Of a stretch of 64,000 nt of DNA, positions 27,975-37,244 are shown piece by piece; positions within the stretch are counted from its first letter, which is position 1, and every line of letters starts with the position of its first letter. The notes under the pieces are model-generated. The model did no database searches. It had not been told where the DNA came from and saw nothing but the letters and a program-made list of their open reading frames with translations. Location of the stretch: NCBI GenBank assembly GCA_965200245.1, contig CBDATS010000004.1, forward strand, positions 858,949 through 922,948, in the 5' to 3' direction. The stretch is from a bacterium (GTDB lineage: Bacteria > UBA8248). A program made the position numbers and the translations under genes.

Positions 27975-28421
27975 CTAGTGATGGCGAGAGTGAAAGGCGC
28001 CGAAATCATGGGTGAAGGGTTCTTTCGTTTTCTCGCACCTGACGCCCATCTTGACGAAATAGGCCTCCAGCACGGAGTCGTAGGGCGTCAGGACACGGCC
28101 GTCCCGAACACATATCGGCGCGTGGCGGTTTCCCACCTGATAGCAGAGGCGGCCCATCTCTACGGGCGATTCCGGGTGGAGAACAAGCATATCTTCGGGA
28201 ATCGCGACGACTGCCACCACACGCTCTTCATCCTCGAAGAGAATGTCGCCCTCCCTGAGTGGCTGCCCGGTCTGCAGGGCAACGCCAAGTTCGGTACCTG
28301 AATCGGAACGCAAACGCTGGCGGCTCCTGAGCCTGTCCTCCCAGCCCAGGGCCACGTGCTCGACGCGCCTTCTTTCATCGGCGCAGAGCCTGCCGCGTAT
28401 CCCTTCCACGAGGATCATCAC
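27975..28421 (-). CDS. ureE: Urease accessory protein UreE
   Basis: 148 aa. GNRH motif (YQVGNRHAP) and His-rich C-terminus (FHSRHH). Confidence 0.85.
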   Translation of the reverse strand: MMILVEGIRGRLCADERRRVEHVALGWEDRLRSRQRLRSDSGTELGVALQTGQPLREGDILFEDEERVVAVVAIPEDMLVLHPESPVEMGRLCYQVGNRHAPICVRDGRVLTPYDSVLEAYFVKMGVRCEKTKEPFTHDFGAFHSRHH

Positions 28422-28427
28422 CGCCCC

Positions 28428-30140
28428 CTAGAAAAGAAAATACCGCTGTGCCATGGGAAGCACCTGCGCGGGTTCGCAGGCGAGCGTCTCCCCGTCCGCC
28501 TTCACGACGTATGTCTCGGGGTCTACTTCCATTACCGGCAGGGCATCGTTCAGCCGCATATCCTTCTTGCCGACCCCGCGGCAATTCAAGACGGGCGCCA
28601 CGATTTTGGTGAGGCTGAGCGACTCGCCTATGTCCTCGAGCGCCGCCGCCTGGGATACGAATGCGTACGACGTACGCCCGACCGCCCCTCCCATCGATCC
28701 GAACATGGGGCGGCCCAGTACGGGCTGCGGCGTGGGGATGGAGGCGTTGGGGTCGCCCATCGCCGCGTGGGCGATAAAACCGCCCTTCACCACGACCTCG
28801 GGCTTCACGCCGAAAAAAGCGGGCTTCCAGAGGACCAGGTCGGCCATCTTGCCGACCTCGACCGATCCCACGTAATCGGAAATACCGTGGGCTATCGCGG
28901 GATTGATGGTGTATTTCGCCACGTAGCGCTTCGCCCGGAAGTTGTCGTTGGCTCCACTATCCTCGGCCAGGGCACCACGCTGGCGCTTCATCTTGTCCGC
29001 CGTCTGCCAGGTTCGGATGACGACCTCGCCCACGCGGCCCATTGCCTGGGAGTCGGAACCCATCATGCTGAACGCGCCCATGTCGTGGAGAATGTCTTCC
29101 GCCGCGATGGTCTCCGCCCGGATTCTCGATTCGGCGAAGGCAACGTCTTCAGGAATCTTGCTGTCCAGGTGGTGGCACACCATGAGCATGTCGAGATGCT
29201 CGTCTACCGTGTTCACCGTGAAAGGCCGCGTAGGATTCGTCGAGGATGGCAGCACGTTCGCTTCCCCGCACACGCGGATGATGTCAGGCGCGTGGCCGCC
29301 GCCCGCCCCTTCCGTGTGATAGGTGTGGATGGTGCGGTTCCTGAACGCGGCCATGGAAGTTTCGACGAAGCCTGACTCATTGAGCGTGTCGGTATGGATA
29401 CATACCTGCACGTCCATATCTTCCGCCACGCCGAGGCAGCAATCGATCGCAGCGGGTGTTGTTCCCCAGTCCTCATGGAGTTTCAGCCCGACGGCGCCCG
29501 CCTGGATCTGTTCGATAAGTGGACCGGGGCGAGAGGCGTTGCCCTTGCCCAGAAAACCCAGGTTCATGGGGTAGGCTTCCGCCGCCTGGAGCATCCGGGC
29601 GATGTTCCACGCCCCCGGCGTGCAGGTGGTGGCGTTCGTGCCCGTGGCAGGGCCGGTTCCACCACCGAACATGGTGGTAACGCCCGAGGAGAGCGCCTCG
29701 TCTATCTGCTGGGGACAGATGAAGTGAATGTGGGTGTCAATGCCGCCCGCGGTGAGAATCATTCCCTCCCCCGCCAGTACTTCCGTGGCGGCACCGATCG
29801 TCATGTCCACCCCCTGCATCAGGTGCGGATTCCCGGACTTTCCCACCCCTGCGATCTTCCCGTCCTTGATTCCCACGTCCGCCTTCACCACGCCCCAGTA
29901 ATCGAGAATCAGCGCGTTGGTGATGAGCAGATCGAGCGCATCGGCCTCGCGTGTCTCGGTGGGGGATTGCCCCATGCCGTCCCTGATCACCTTGCCGCCG
30001 CCGAATTTCGACTCATCGCCGTAGACGGTGTGGTCTTCTTCGACCTCGATGAAGAGTTCGGTGTCCGCAAGGCGAACCTTGTCCCCCACCGTGGGGCCGA
30101 ACATGTCGGCGTAGGCGCGCCTGTCCATTCGATACGCCAT
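28428..30140 (-). CDS. ureC: Urease alpha subunit
   Basis: 570 aa. [15 protein letters not shown], and the active-site flap and Ni-ligand regions are conserved. Confidence 0.98.
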   Translation of the reverse strand: MAYRMDRRAYADMFGPTVGDKVRLADTELFIEVEEDHTVYGDESKFGGGKVIRDGMGQSPTETREADALDLLITNALILDYWGVVKADVGIKDGKIAGVGKSGNPHLMQGVDMTIGAATEVLAGEGMILTAGGIDTHIHFICPQQIDEALSSGVTTMFGGGTGPATGTNATTCTPGAWNIARMLQAAEAYPMNLGFLGKGNASRPGPLIEQIQAGAVGLKLHEDWGTTPAAIDCCLGVAEDMDVQVCIHTDTLNESGFVETSMAAFRNRTIHTYHTEGAGGGHAPDIIRVCGEANVLPSSTNPTRPFTVNTVDEHLDMLMVCHHLDSKIPEDVAFAESRIRAETIAAEDILHDMGAFSMMGSDSQAMGRVGEVVIRTWQTADKMKRQRGALAEDSGANDNFRAKRYVAKYTINPAIAHGISDYVGSVEVGKMADLVLWKPAFFGVKPEVVVKGGFIAHAAMGDPNASIPTPQPVLGRPMFGSMGGAVGRTSYAFVSQAAALEDIGESLSLTKIVAPVLNCRGVGKKDMRLNDALPVMEVDPETYVVKADGETLACEPAQVLPMAQRYFLF

Positions 30141-30511
30141 TACTCCGCCCCCCCGTAGCCCTCGTTGCGGGCTTTCTCAAATGCGCTCTCGCGCACAGCG
30201 GACGAATCGAGCGCGCCATCGGTGAGCGCGTTCAGCCCTATGACGATACGCGCGCCCGCGAAGGCGATGAGCGTCACTTCCTTCTCGTCGCCCGGCTCTA
30301 AGCGCACCGCCGTTCCCGCCGGGATGTCGAGCCGCATCCCGAAAGCCGCCTTCCTGTCGAAATCGAGCAGGCGGTTCACTTCAAGGAAATGAAAGTGCGA
30401 GCCCACCTGGATGGGCCTGTCGCCTCGGTTCGCCACGAGAAGCGAGATGGTTTCGCGCCCTTCGTTCAGGACGATCTCGCCCTCCGCCAGGATATATTCG
30501 CCGGGTATCAT
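30140..30511 (-). CDS. ureB: Urease beta subunit
   Basis: MIPGEY... N-terminus and [11 protein letters not shown] motif. Confidence 0.95.
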   Translation of the reverse strand: MIPGEYILAEGEIVLNEGRETISLLVANRGDRPIQVGSHFHFLEVNRLLDFDRKAAFGMRLDIPAGTAVRLEPGDEKEVTLIAFAGARIVIGLNALTDGALDSSAVRESAFEKARNEGYGGAE

Positions 30512-30521
30512 GGGATCTCCC

Positions 30522-30827
30522 TCAGACCCGTATCGGGTCGTGCACCGTCACGAGCTTGGTCCCGTCCGGGAACGTACCCTCGACCTGCACCTCGTGAATC
30601 ATCTCGGGCACGCCTTCCATCACGTCGTCACGGGTAAGAATCGTCGCGCCGTATCGCATCAGTTCGGCCACGGATCTGCCGTCGCGCGCGCCTTCGAGCA
30701 CCTCGGCCGTGATGATGCTGACGGCTTCCGGATAATTGAGCTTGAGGCCTCGCGCGCGGCGTTTTCGTGCCAACTCCGCCGCCACGAAAACGAGGAGTTT
30801 CTCCTGCTCCCTCGGGGTCAGGTGCAT
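30522..30827 (-). CDS. ureA: Urease gamma subunit
   Basis: [12 protein letters not shown]... canonical N-terminus, 101 aa. Confidence 0.95.
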   Translation of the reverse strand: MHLTPREQEKLLVFVAAELARKRRARGLKLNYPEAVSIITAEVLEGARDGRSVAELMRYGATILTRDDVMEGVPEMIHEVQVEGTFPDGTKLVTVHDPIRV

Positions 30828-30863
30828 CGTCTGCCTCCTGTCAGAAAACTGCTGTGATCGGCC

Positions 30864-31559
30864 CTACGCGGTCAGGCGGTCGAGCAGCGCTACGTCACAC
30901 TCGCCCTCCGCTACACCCGTGGCCGTGAATTCCCCTTTTTCCATGACGTAGTATCGATCCGCAAGCCGCCAGGCGAACTCCAGGTATTGCTCCACCAGAA
31001 TGATGCCCATATCGCCGCGTTGTTTGATCTCCCACAGAACATTCTCGATATCCATGATGATGGAAGGCTGTATACCTTCGGTCGGTTCATCGAGCAGAAG
31101 CAGTTTCGGCTCGCTCACCAGCGCGCGTGCGATGGCGAGTTGCTGCTGCTGTCCGCCACTCAGCACGCCCCCCTTTCTCCCGAGCATCTCCTGAAGCACC
31201 GGAAAAAGCTTGAAAACGCCCTCGTCATAATTTATGGGACGACGTGGGTGGGCTTCCAGCCCCAGCAGGAGATTCTCGTGCACGCTGAGCTGCGGGAAAA
31301 TCTCCCGTCCCTGGGGGACGTAGGCGACTCCCAGCTTTGCGCGCGCCTCGGGTCTGGCCGCGGTGACGTCCTGTTCCAGGAACGAAATTTTCCCGGCCTC
31401 TGGCCTCAACAGGCCGATGATCGATTTCAGGAACGTGGTCTTTCCCATACCGTTTCTGCCAATGACGCCCACTATCTCGCCGGGGTGCACTTCCATATCA
31501 AGACCCCGCAGAATGTGGCTCTCCCCATAGCAGGCGTGCAGATCCTCGACCCTAAGCAT
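30864..31559 (-). CDS. urtE: Urea ABC transporter ATP-binding protein UrtE
   Basis: Walker A GRNGMGKTT, signature LSGGQQQ. Start at MLRVEDL overlaps the urtD end by 8 nt. Confidence 0.9.
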   Translation of the reverse strand: MLRVEDLHACYGESHILRGLDMEVHPGEIVGVIGRNGMGKTTFLKSIIGLLRPEAGKISFLEQDVTAARPEARAKLGVAYVPQGREIFPQLSVHENLLLGLEAHPRRPINYDEGVFKLFPVLQEMLGRKGGVLSGGQQQQLAIARALVSEPKLLLLDEPTEGIQPSIIMDIENVLWEIKQRGDMGIILVEQYLEFAWRLADRYYVMEKGEFTATGVAEGECDVALLDRLTA

Positions 31560-32319
31560 ATTCCTCTCTGCCCCTGCCCAGATAGAGTTCGATGACCCGT
31601 TCGTCCTTGTGCACGTGGTCAATGGAACCCTCGCATATAACCGCGCCTTCGTGCAGCACGGTGACGCGCTCGGCTATCTCGCGCACAAACTTCATATCGT
31701 GTTCGATGATGAGCACCGAACGGTGTTCGGCGATTTGCCTCAATAATGCCGCCGTCTTCTCCGTCTCCCGATCGGACATGCCGGCCACGGGCTCATCCAC
31801 CAACAGAAGGTCCGGGTCCTGCACCACCACCATGCCGATTTCGAGCCACTGTTTCTCGCCGTGCGCCAGAAGTCCGGCCCGCCAGTCACTTTTGGACGCG
31901 AGTCCGATAACGTCAAGTGTCTCCTCGACTCTCGCGCGCGCTTCAGCCGTGGCCCCGCCGAAAAGAAGGGAACTCAACTTCTTGTCCTGCTTCACGGAGA
32001 GTTCGAGATTGTCGCGCACCGTCAGATTCTCGTAAATCGTCGGTGTCTGGAATTTTCTGCCGATGCCCGCATTCGATATTTCTTCCTGGTGCATTCGCGC
32101 GAGGTCGGTTTTCTCCTTGAAGATCACCCGCCCCAAATCGGGTTTCACCTTTCCGGTCACGACGTCGAGCAGGGTGGTCTTGCCCGCCCCGTTCGGCCCG
32201 ATGACGCAGCGCAGTTCTCCCTTGTCCATGCTGAAGTTGAGCGCGTTCAATGCCTTGAAGCCGTCGAAAACGACGAACACATCTTCCATGTAAAGTATGC
32301 TTTTCGACGTAAGCGTCAT
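31552..32319 (-). CDS. urtD: Urea ABC transporter ATP-binding protein UrtD
   Basis: Walker A GPNGAGKTT, signature LAHGEKQWLEIG (UrtD-type). Confidence 0.9.
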   Translation of the reverse strand: MTLTSKSILYMEDVFVVFDGFKALNALNFSMDKGELRCVIGPNGAGKTTLLDVVTGKVKPDLGRVIFKEKTDLARMHQEEISNAGIGRKFQTPTIYENLTVRDNLELSVKQDKKLSSLLFGGATAEARARVEETLDVIGLASKSDWRAGLLAHGEKQWLEIGMVVVQDPDLLLVDEPVAGMSDRETEKTAALLRQIAEHRSVLIIEHDMKFVREIAERVTVLHEGAVICEGSIDHVHKDERVIELYLGRGREEYA

Positions 32320-32328
32320 GCCCTTCTC

Positions 32329-33495
32329 CTAGCCTTCGCTGCCCAGAGTCGCGAGAGACTCATCCCCCGCAGCCGGACGCCTCGAGCGGCGGATCCATTT
32401 CTCAAGCTTACGGGGAATGTCGCGCGCCATGCCGACGACCCCGTCCGGGAAAAACTGCACCATGAGGATGAATATGCCACCCAGGAAATAAAGCCAGTAA
32501 TCCGGATAACTCGACGTGAGATAACTCCGCGCCCAGTTTACCCCCATGGCACCGATGACGGCGCCGATGAGCGACCCCCGCCCGCCGACCGCTACCCAGA
32601 TGACCATCTCGATGGAGGGCAGTACGCCGATCCGCCCAGGCGTGATGATGCCCACCTGGGGCACGTACAGCGCGCCCGCGAGACCCGCCAGCATGGCGGA
32701 GACAGTGAAGACGAACACCTTGTAGTTCGTAGGCGTGTAGCCGGAATAAAGCACGCGGTTCTCCGCGTCACGGATCGCGAGAAGGATCTTGCCTGCGCGC
32801 GATTTCACTATCCTGCGGCACAGCAGATACGCACCGCAAAGCGCAAGAGCGGTAACGACGTAAAGCCCCCGCTGTGTGGACGCTTCCGTGAGCGTGAAGC
32901 CGAGCATCTTCTTGAAGTTGGTGAGACCGTTCGTTCCGCCCAGGTTCACCTCATTTCGATTGAAGACCAGCCAGGCGGAGAGCGCTAGCGTCTGCGTAAT
33001 GATGGCGAAGTACACGCCACGCACCCTCGTTCTGAAAGCGAGGAAACCGAACATGGCCGCCAATGCGCCGGGCACCAGCACCACCGCAAGCGTGGTGAAG
33101 GAAAACGAATGGAAAGGTTTCCAGAACAAGGGCAGTTCCTTCACCCGGTTCCAGACCATGAAGTCGGGTAACTTGCTCTGGTAGACGCCCTCGCCAACGA
33201 TCTCGAGCGTCAGGTACATACCCATGCAATACGCACCCAGACCGAAGAACACGCCATGGCCCATACTCAGGATGCCTGTGTAGCCCCATATCAAGTCGAG
33301 ACCCAGCACCAGGATGGCGTAGGCCAGGAACTTGCCGAACAGGTTGAGCGTGAAATCCGAGATGTGAAAAAACGTGCCCGGTGTCCCGAAGGCGTTGAGC
33401 GAGGGCATTGCGACGAGGAACCAGAACGCCGCGACGACGAGAGCGACGCCGCCGACTTTCTTCTCCATCCTGTCCACCAAAGTTTCACCCTGCAT
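32329..33495 (-). CDS. urtC: Urea ABC transporter permease UrtC
   Basis: Branched-chain-type permease fold positioned between urtB and urtD. Start uncertain (33495 or 33468). Confidence 0.88.
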   Translation of the reverse strand: MQGETLVDRMEKKVGGVALVVAAFWFLVAMPSLNAFGTPGTFFHISDFTLNLFGKFLAYAILVLGLDLIWGYTGILSMGHGVFFGLGAYCMGMYLTLEIVGEGVYQSKLPDFMVWNRVKELPLFWKPFHSFSFTTLAVVLVPGALAAMFGFLAFRTRVRGVYFAIITQTLALSAWLVFNRNEVNLGGTNGLTNFKKMLGFTLTEASTQRGLYVVTALALCGAYLLCRRIVKSRAGKILLAIRDAENRVLYSGYTPTNYKVFVFTVSAMLAGLAGALYVPQVGIITPGRIGVLPSIEMVIWVAVGGRGSLIGAVIGAMGVNWARSYLTSSYPDYWLYFLGGIFILMVQFFPDGVVGMARDIPRKLEKWIRRSRRPAAGDESLATLGSEG

Positions 33496-33501
33496 CGCGT
33501 A

Positions 33502-35232
33502 TCAAGCCCCTCTCGTGCGGATGGCAAACAGCCCCTCCGGCCTTCTCTGCAGGAAGAGGATCACCAGAACCAGAATCACCACCTTGCCGAACACCGCGCC
33601 CATTGCAGGCTCGAGCATCTTGTTCATTCCCCCGATGCCGAAGCCCGCCACAATGGTCCCCAGAATCTTGCCCACGCCACCCGTCACCACCACCATGAAA
33701 GAATCCACGATGTAGTTCTGCCCCAGGTCGGGACCCACGTTCCCGACCTGGCTCAGGGCCGCGCCCGCCATGCCAGCCAGCCCCGCGCCGAATGCGAACG
33801 TGCCCGCATCCACCCGGCGGGAGGGAACACCCAGGCAGGTACTCATGCCCCGGTTCTGGGTGACGGCGCGAATTCGCAGGCCCGCCCTCGTGCGGAAGAG
33901 GAACAGATACGTACCGGCCACGCAGAAAGCGGCCAGCGCGATGATGAACATGCGATTGCAAGGGAACTGAATGCCCACCATCAGGTGATAGCCCCCGCTC
34001 AACCACTCGGGGGACTTCACGTCCACGTTCTGCGCGCCGAACACCTGGCGAACAGCTTGTTGAAGCAACAGGCTGACCCCCCAGGTGGTCAGCAGCGTCT
34101 CCAACGGCCTGCCGTAGAGATGGCGGATGATGGAAATCTCCATGAGATATCCCATCAGCGCCGAGGCCAGAAAGGCAACGGGAAGCGCAAGTATGAAATA
34201 ATAGCCGAAGTAATTTTGCGGCAGATAGGAGATGAACACGTCCTGGATGATGAAGGTGGCGTAAGCTCCCAGCATCATCAATTCCCCGTGCGCCATGTTG
34301 ATGACGCCCATAAGGCCAAAAACGATGGCCAGTCCCAGCGCCATAAGCAACAGGATGGACCCCAGGCTCAAGCCCCGGAACAAGGTGCTGACGATTGAGG
34401 TCCAACTCAGGTAGCTCTCGATATCCTTTGTGGCCTCGCTCGCCGCGGCGCGTACGGCGGGTGATGCGTCCTTGTTCGCCAGGCGCTTTAGCTCCGTGAA
34501 CGCGTTCAGCCCGTGAATTTCGCCGAGCACGGCAGCGGCCGAGCACCGCTGCTGCGGATCCGGCGACTTGAGCCGGATCAACGCCTTCGCCTCTACGAGC
34601 GCATGGCGACCCAGCCAGTGGTCTTCTTTCTCAAGCACCTTGTCGAGTAGCGGAATCAGGTTCCTGTCCCCTACCCTCGCCATGCGCGTCGCAGCGGCGC
34701 GACGGACGTTCGGGTCGTCGGAATAGAGTTGCATCGAGCTTTGGAGCTGGTTCAGGTAGGGTCTGATGGCCCGGCGGATTCTTCTGCTGGCACGGATTTC
34801 GTTCAGCTCGCTATCCGCTGCGAAAAGAGGTTTACCGTCCTGAGTGCTGATCCGTTTCTTTCCGTGGATCGAGAAAAGAGGAACGAATTCGATGTCGGCT
34901 CGCGTCACGGCGTCACCACCGATAACGAACCGGGCCTCTCCCGATTCGGACTTCCAGCGATAAAGGCTGCCCTCGCGAAGCGCCAACAGAAGGGGTAGCA
35001 GCTTTGGCTCGAGGCGCTTCGCAAGGGTGAGGGCAGCGCGTCGTTTTTTCTTTCTGTTTTTTGATCCTAACTGCGCGATTTCCGCCTGGATTTCCGGTGA
35101 AAACGATCCGGTCTGCGCCTCTCCCCTTGCGGCCATGCCAAAGCCAAGCGCGAAAACCAAGATCAGGACGCGGGATATGAATCCTCGCGAGAACCTTCCA
35201 CGCGGAATCGCCTTCATGCCGGCTTGCTGCAT
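33502..35232 (-). CDS. urtB: Urea ABC transporter permease UrtB with N-terminal periplasmic HEAT-like extension
   Basis: C-terminal about 300 aa is LivH-type permease. The N-terminal about 260 aa carries a signal peptide and HEAT-like repeats. Confidence 0.88.
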   Translation of the reverse strand: MQQAGMKAIPRGRFSRGFISRVLILVFALGFGMAARGEAQTGSFSPEIQAEIAQLGSKNRKKKRRAALTLAKRLEPKLLPLLLALREGSLYRWKSESGEARFVIGGDAVTRADIEFVPLFSIHGKKRISTQDGKPLFAADSELNEIRASRRIRRAIRPYLNQLQSSMQLYSDDPNVRRAAATRMARVGDRNLIPLLDKVLEKEDHWLGRHALVEAKALIRLKSPDPQQRCSAAAVLGEIHGLNAFTELKRLANKDASPAVRAAASEATKDIESYLSWTSIVSTLFRGLSLGSILLLMALGLAIVFGLMGVINMAHGELMMLGAYATFIIQDVFISYLPQNYFGYYFILALPVAFLASALMGYLMEISIIRHLYGRPLETLLTTWGVSLLLQQAVRQVFGAQNVDVKSPEWLSGGYHLMVGIQFPCNRMFIIALAAFCVAGTYLFLFRTRAGLRIRAVTQNRGMSTCLGVPSRRVDAGTFAFGAGLAGMAGAALSQVGNVGPDLGQNYIVDSFMVVVTGGVGKILGTIVAGFGIGGMNKMLEPAMGAVFGKVVILVLVILFLQRRPEGLFAIRTRGA

Positions 35233-35339
35233 ACCCCCTCCTTCGCCGTATCTGGTATATCGCCGGTATTTGCGATTCGCTGTTTTTTGGGCCGCCCGTA
35301 GGGGAAGCCATGGTTTGCTCCCCCCGGCGGTTCTTGCGA

Positions 35340-36665
35340 CTAGGCCGTTTTCTTCTTATATGTCCCCTGGTGATTTACCCAGTCACAGCTCTTGTCAGGA
35401 CTCGTGTATTTGCTCCAGGGTTCGGGCACCACGAGACCCTTCGTTTGCGAGACGATGCGGAATTGCCCGTTCTTGAGGATTTCCCCGATGAGCACGGGCT
35501 TGTGTAGATGGTGGTTTTTCTCGTCGATCTTCTTGAATCCACCCGGAGCCTCGAAGCCCATGCCATAAGCCGCCTTGCGCACGTCGTCCACCTTCGTGGT
35601 GCCCGCTTTCTCGACCGCCTGCTTCCAGATGTAGACGCCGAGATATGCCGCCTCGATGGGGTCGTCCGTCACGCGGCTGGTGCCGCCGGGCAGGCCCATC
35701 TTCTTGCAGTAGGTCTTGAAGTTCTTCACGAATCTCTTGTTCTGCGGCGTGTCGATCGACTGATAGTAGTTCCAGGCCGCCAGGTGTCCGACGAGCGATT
35801 TCGAGTCCATGCCGCGCAGTTCGTCTTCCGCCACGCTGAACGCCATGATGGGCACATCTTCAGAACGCAGGCCCTGGTTCGCGAACTCCTTGTAGAAGGG
35901 CACGTTGCTGTCGCCGTTGATGGTGCTGAGTACGGCGGCGTCACCGCTCGAAGCGAAGGATTTCACCTTGCCCACGATGGTCTGGTAATCCTGGTGGTGG
36001 AAGGGCGTGTATTCTTCCATGATGTTCGAAGCCGGCACGCCCTTCGCCAAGAGGAAGGCCCGGAGAATCTTGTTCGCCGTGCGCGGGAACACGTAGTCTG
36101 TGCCGAGCAGGTAGAACTTCTTGAACTCGCCGCCGTCCTCGCTCATCATGTATTCCGCAGCCGGAATCAACTGCTGGTTCGGCGTTGCGCCCGTGTAGAA
36201 GACGTTCTTCGAGCATTCTTCTCCCTCGTACTGCACCGGGTAGAAGAGGAGGCCGTTATTCTTCTCATAAATGGGAAGGACCGACTTTCTGCTCACCGAC
36301 GTCCAGCAGCCGAAGGTAACGTCCACCTTGTCCTGCAGGAGAAGCTGCTTCGCCTTCTCGGCGAACAAATCCCAATCAGACGCCGGGTCGACGACTACGG
36401 GCTTGATGGGGCGCTTCATCACGCCGCCCGCCGCGTTGATTTCCTCCACGGCCATCAGTACCACGTCGCGTAGCGAAACCTCGCTGATCGCCATGGTTCC
36501 GCTCAGGGAGTGCAGAACCCCGATCTTGATGGGCTCTGCCGCCCGGATCACGTTCGGAAACGGAAGCGTACTCATCGCCACAGCACCCAATCCGATCGCA
36601 CCTGCTTTCTTCAGAAACCTTCTGCGGGATAACTTCTCCGCGCCAATGAATTTCTTCTGCTTCAT
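35340..36665 (-). CDS. urtA: Urea ABC transporter substrate-binding protein UrtA
   Basis: 441 aa. Tat-like signal RRRFLKKAGAIGLGAVA. Type-I periplasmic binding fold typical of UrtA. AAGGGGA RBS. Confidence 0.92.
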   Translation of the reverse strand: MKQKKFIGAEKLSRRRFLKKAGAIGLGAVAMSTLPFPNVIRAAEPIKIGVLHSLSGTMAISEVSLRDVVLMAVEEINAAGGVMKRPIKPVVVDPASDWDLFAEKAKQLLLQDKVDVTFGCWTSVSRKSVLPIYEKNNGLLFYPVQYEGEECSKNVFYTGATPNQQLIPAAEYMMSEDGGEFKKFYLLGTDYVFPRTANKILRAFLLAKGVPASNIMEEYTPFHHQDYQTIVGKVKSFASSGDAAVLSTINGDSNVPFYKEFANQGLRSEDVPIMAFSVAEDELRGMDSKSLVGHLAAWNYYQSIDTPQNKRFVKNFKTYCKKMGLPGGTSRVTDDPIEAAYLGVYIWKQAVEKAGTTKVDDVRKAAYGMGFEAPGGFKKIDEKNHHLHKPVLIGEILKNGQFRIVSQTKGLVVPEPWSKYTSPDKSCDWVNHQGTYKKKTA

Positions 36666-37046
36666 CTTTTCTGTCCCCTTTTGAATTCATTCATATAGTG
36701 GCCATCGCGCGGCCTGAACAATGAATCGAACGTGAAAATCTTCGATGACAGAATGAAAATATAGAGAGGTTTTTTTACGGAAATCTTGCGATTGGGTTAA
36801 ATGGTCGTTTCGGTTTTATTTCATTCATGTTTCGGGATTGCCCATTCGACGACCAAAATCCCCCGCCAGCCGGGCGACCGCTCATTCCGGAGTTGATGAG
36901 GGTGGATACAGTCCGGCATTCCATCCCGTCTTTGATCGAACGAGAATGAAGGCGAAAACCCGGATTTCGCATTCACTCCCGCCTTGGCCGGAAATGATAC
37001 CGGGTTGACGGTGGTGAATTTCAGTCGATGAGGAAGATAGTGGTAA

Positions 37047-37072
37047 GGGGACACAGGTCGCGACCTCGCCCC
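37047..37072. repeat. REP-like GC-rich palindromic unit
   Basis: GGGGACACAGGTCGCGACCTCGCCCC. Contains the perfect 12-bp palindrome AGGTCGCGACCT (37055-37066) and the shared 12-mer ACAGGTCGCGAC. Confidence 0.7.
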
Positions 37073-37244
37073 TCGGGATCACAAAGACTTTCCGTCAAAC
37101 GAAGGACCCCTGCCGGCTAGGCACAGGACATGTCCCTGCGTCACGTTTCGAGTTCGCGATTCCGCAGGGATGACCACCCGCGTTTCGCCAACGGGCGAAC
37201 CGTCTCTCTATCGAACCACACCGACTAAACGCCTGCGCCTTCTC

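Noticed and set aside
34450-35232. N-terminal about 260-aa HEAT-like periplasmic extension of UrtB as a novel fusion.
   Set aside because: Long UrtB proteins with such an N-terminal extension are common in urea ABC transporters of many bacteria. This is not unusual.
36666-37244. Riboswitch (for example guanidine-I/ykkC, which often controls urea-carboxylase and urt-like transporters) in the long urtA leader.
   Set aside because: I could not find the conserved ykkC blocks (CUAGGGUUCCG..., GGUCCGAGAG, ACGR...GGGA...AAAGCCCGGGAGA) or another riboswitch core on the transcribed strand. The structured parts are better explained as REP-like palindromes. An Infernal/Rfam scan would settle it.
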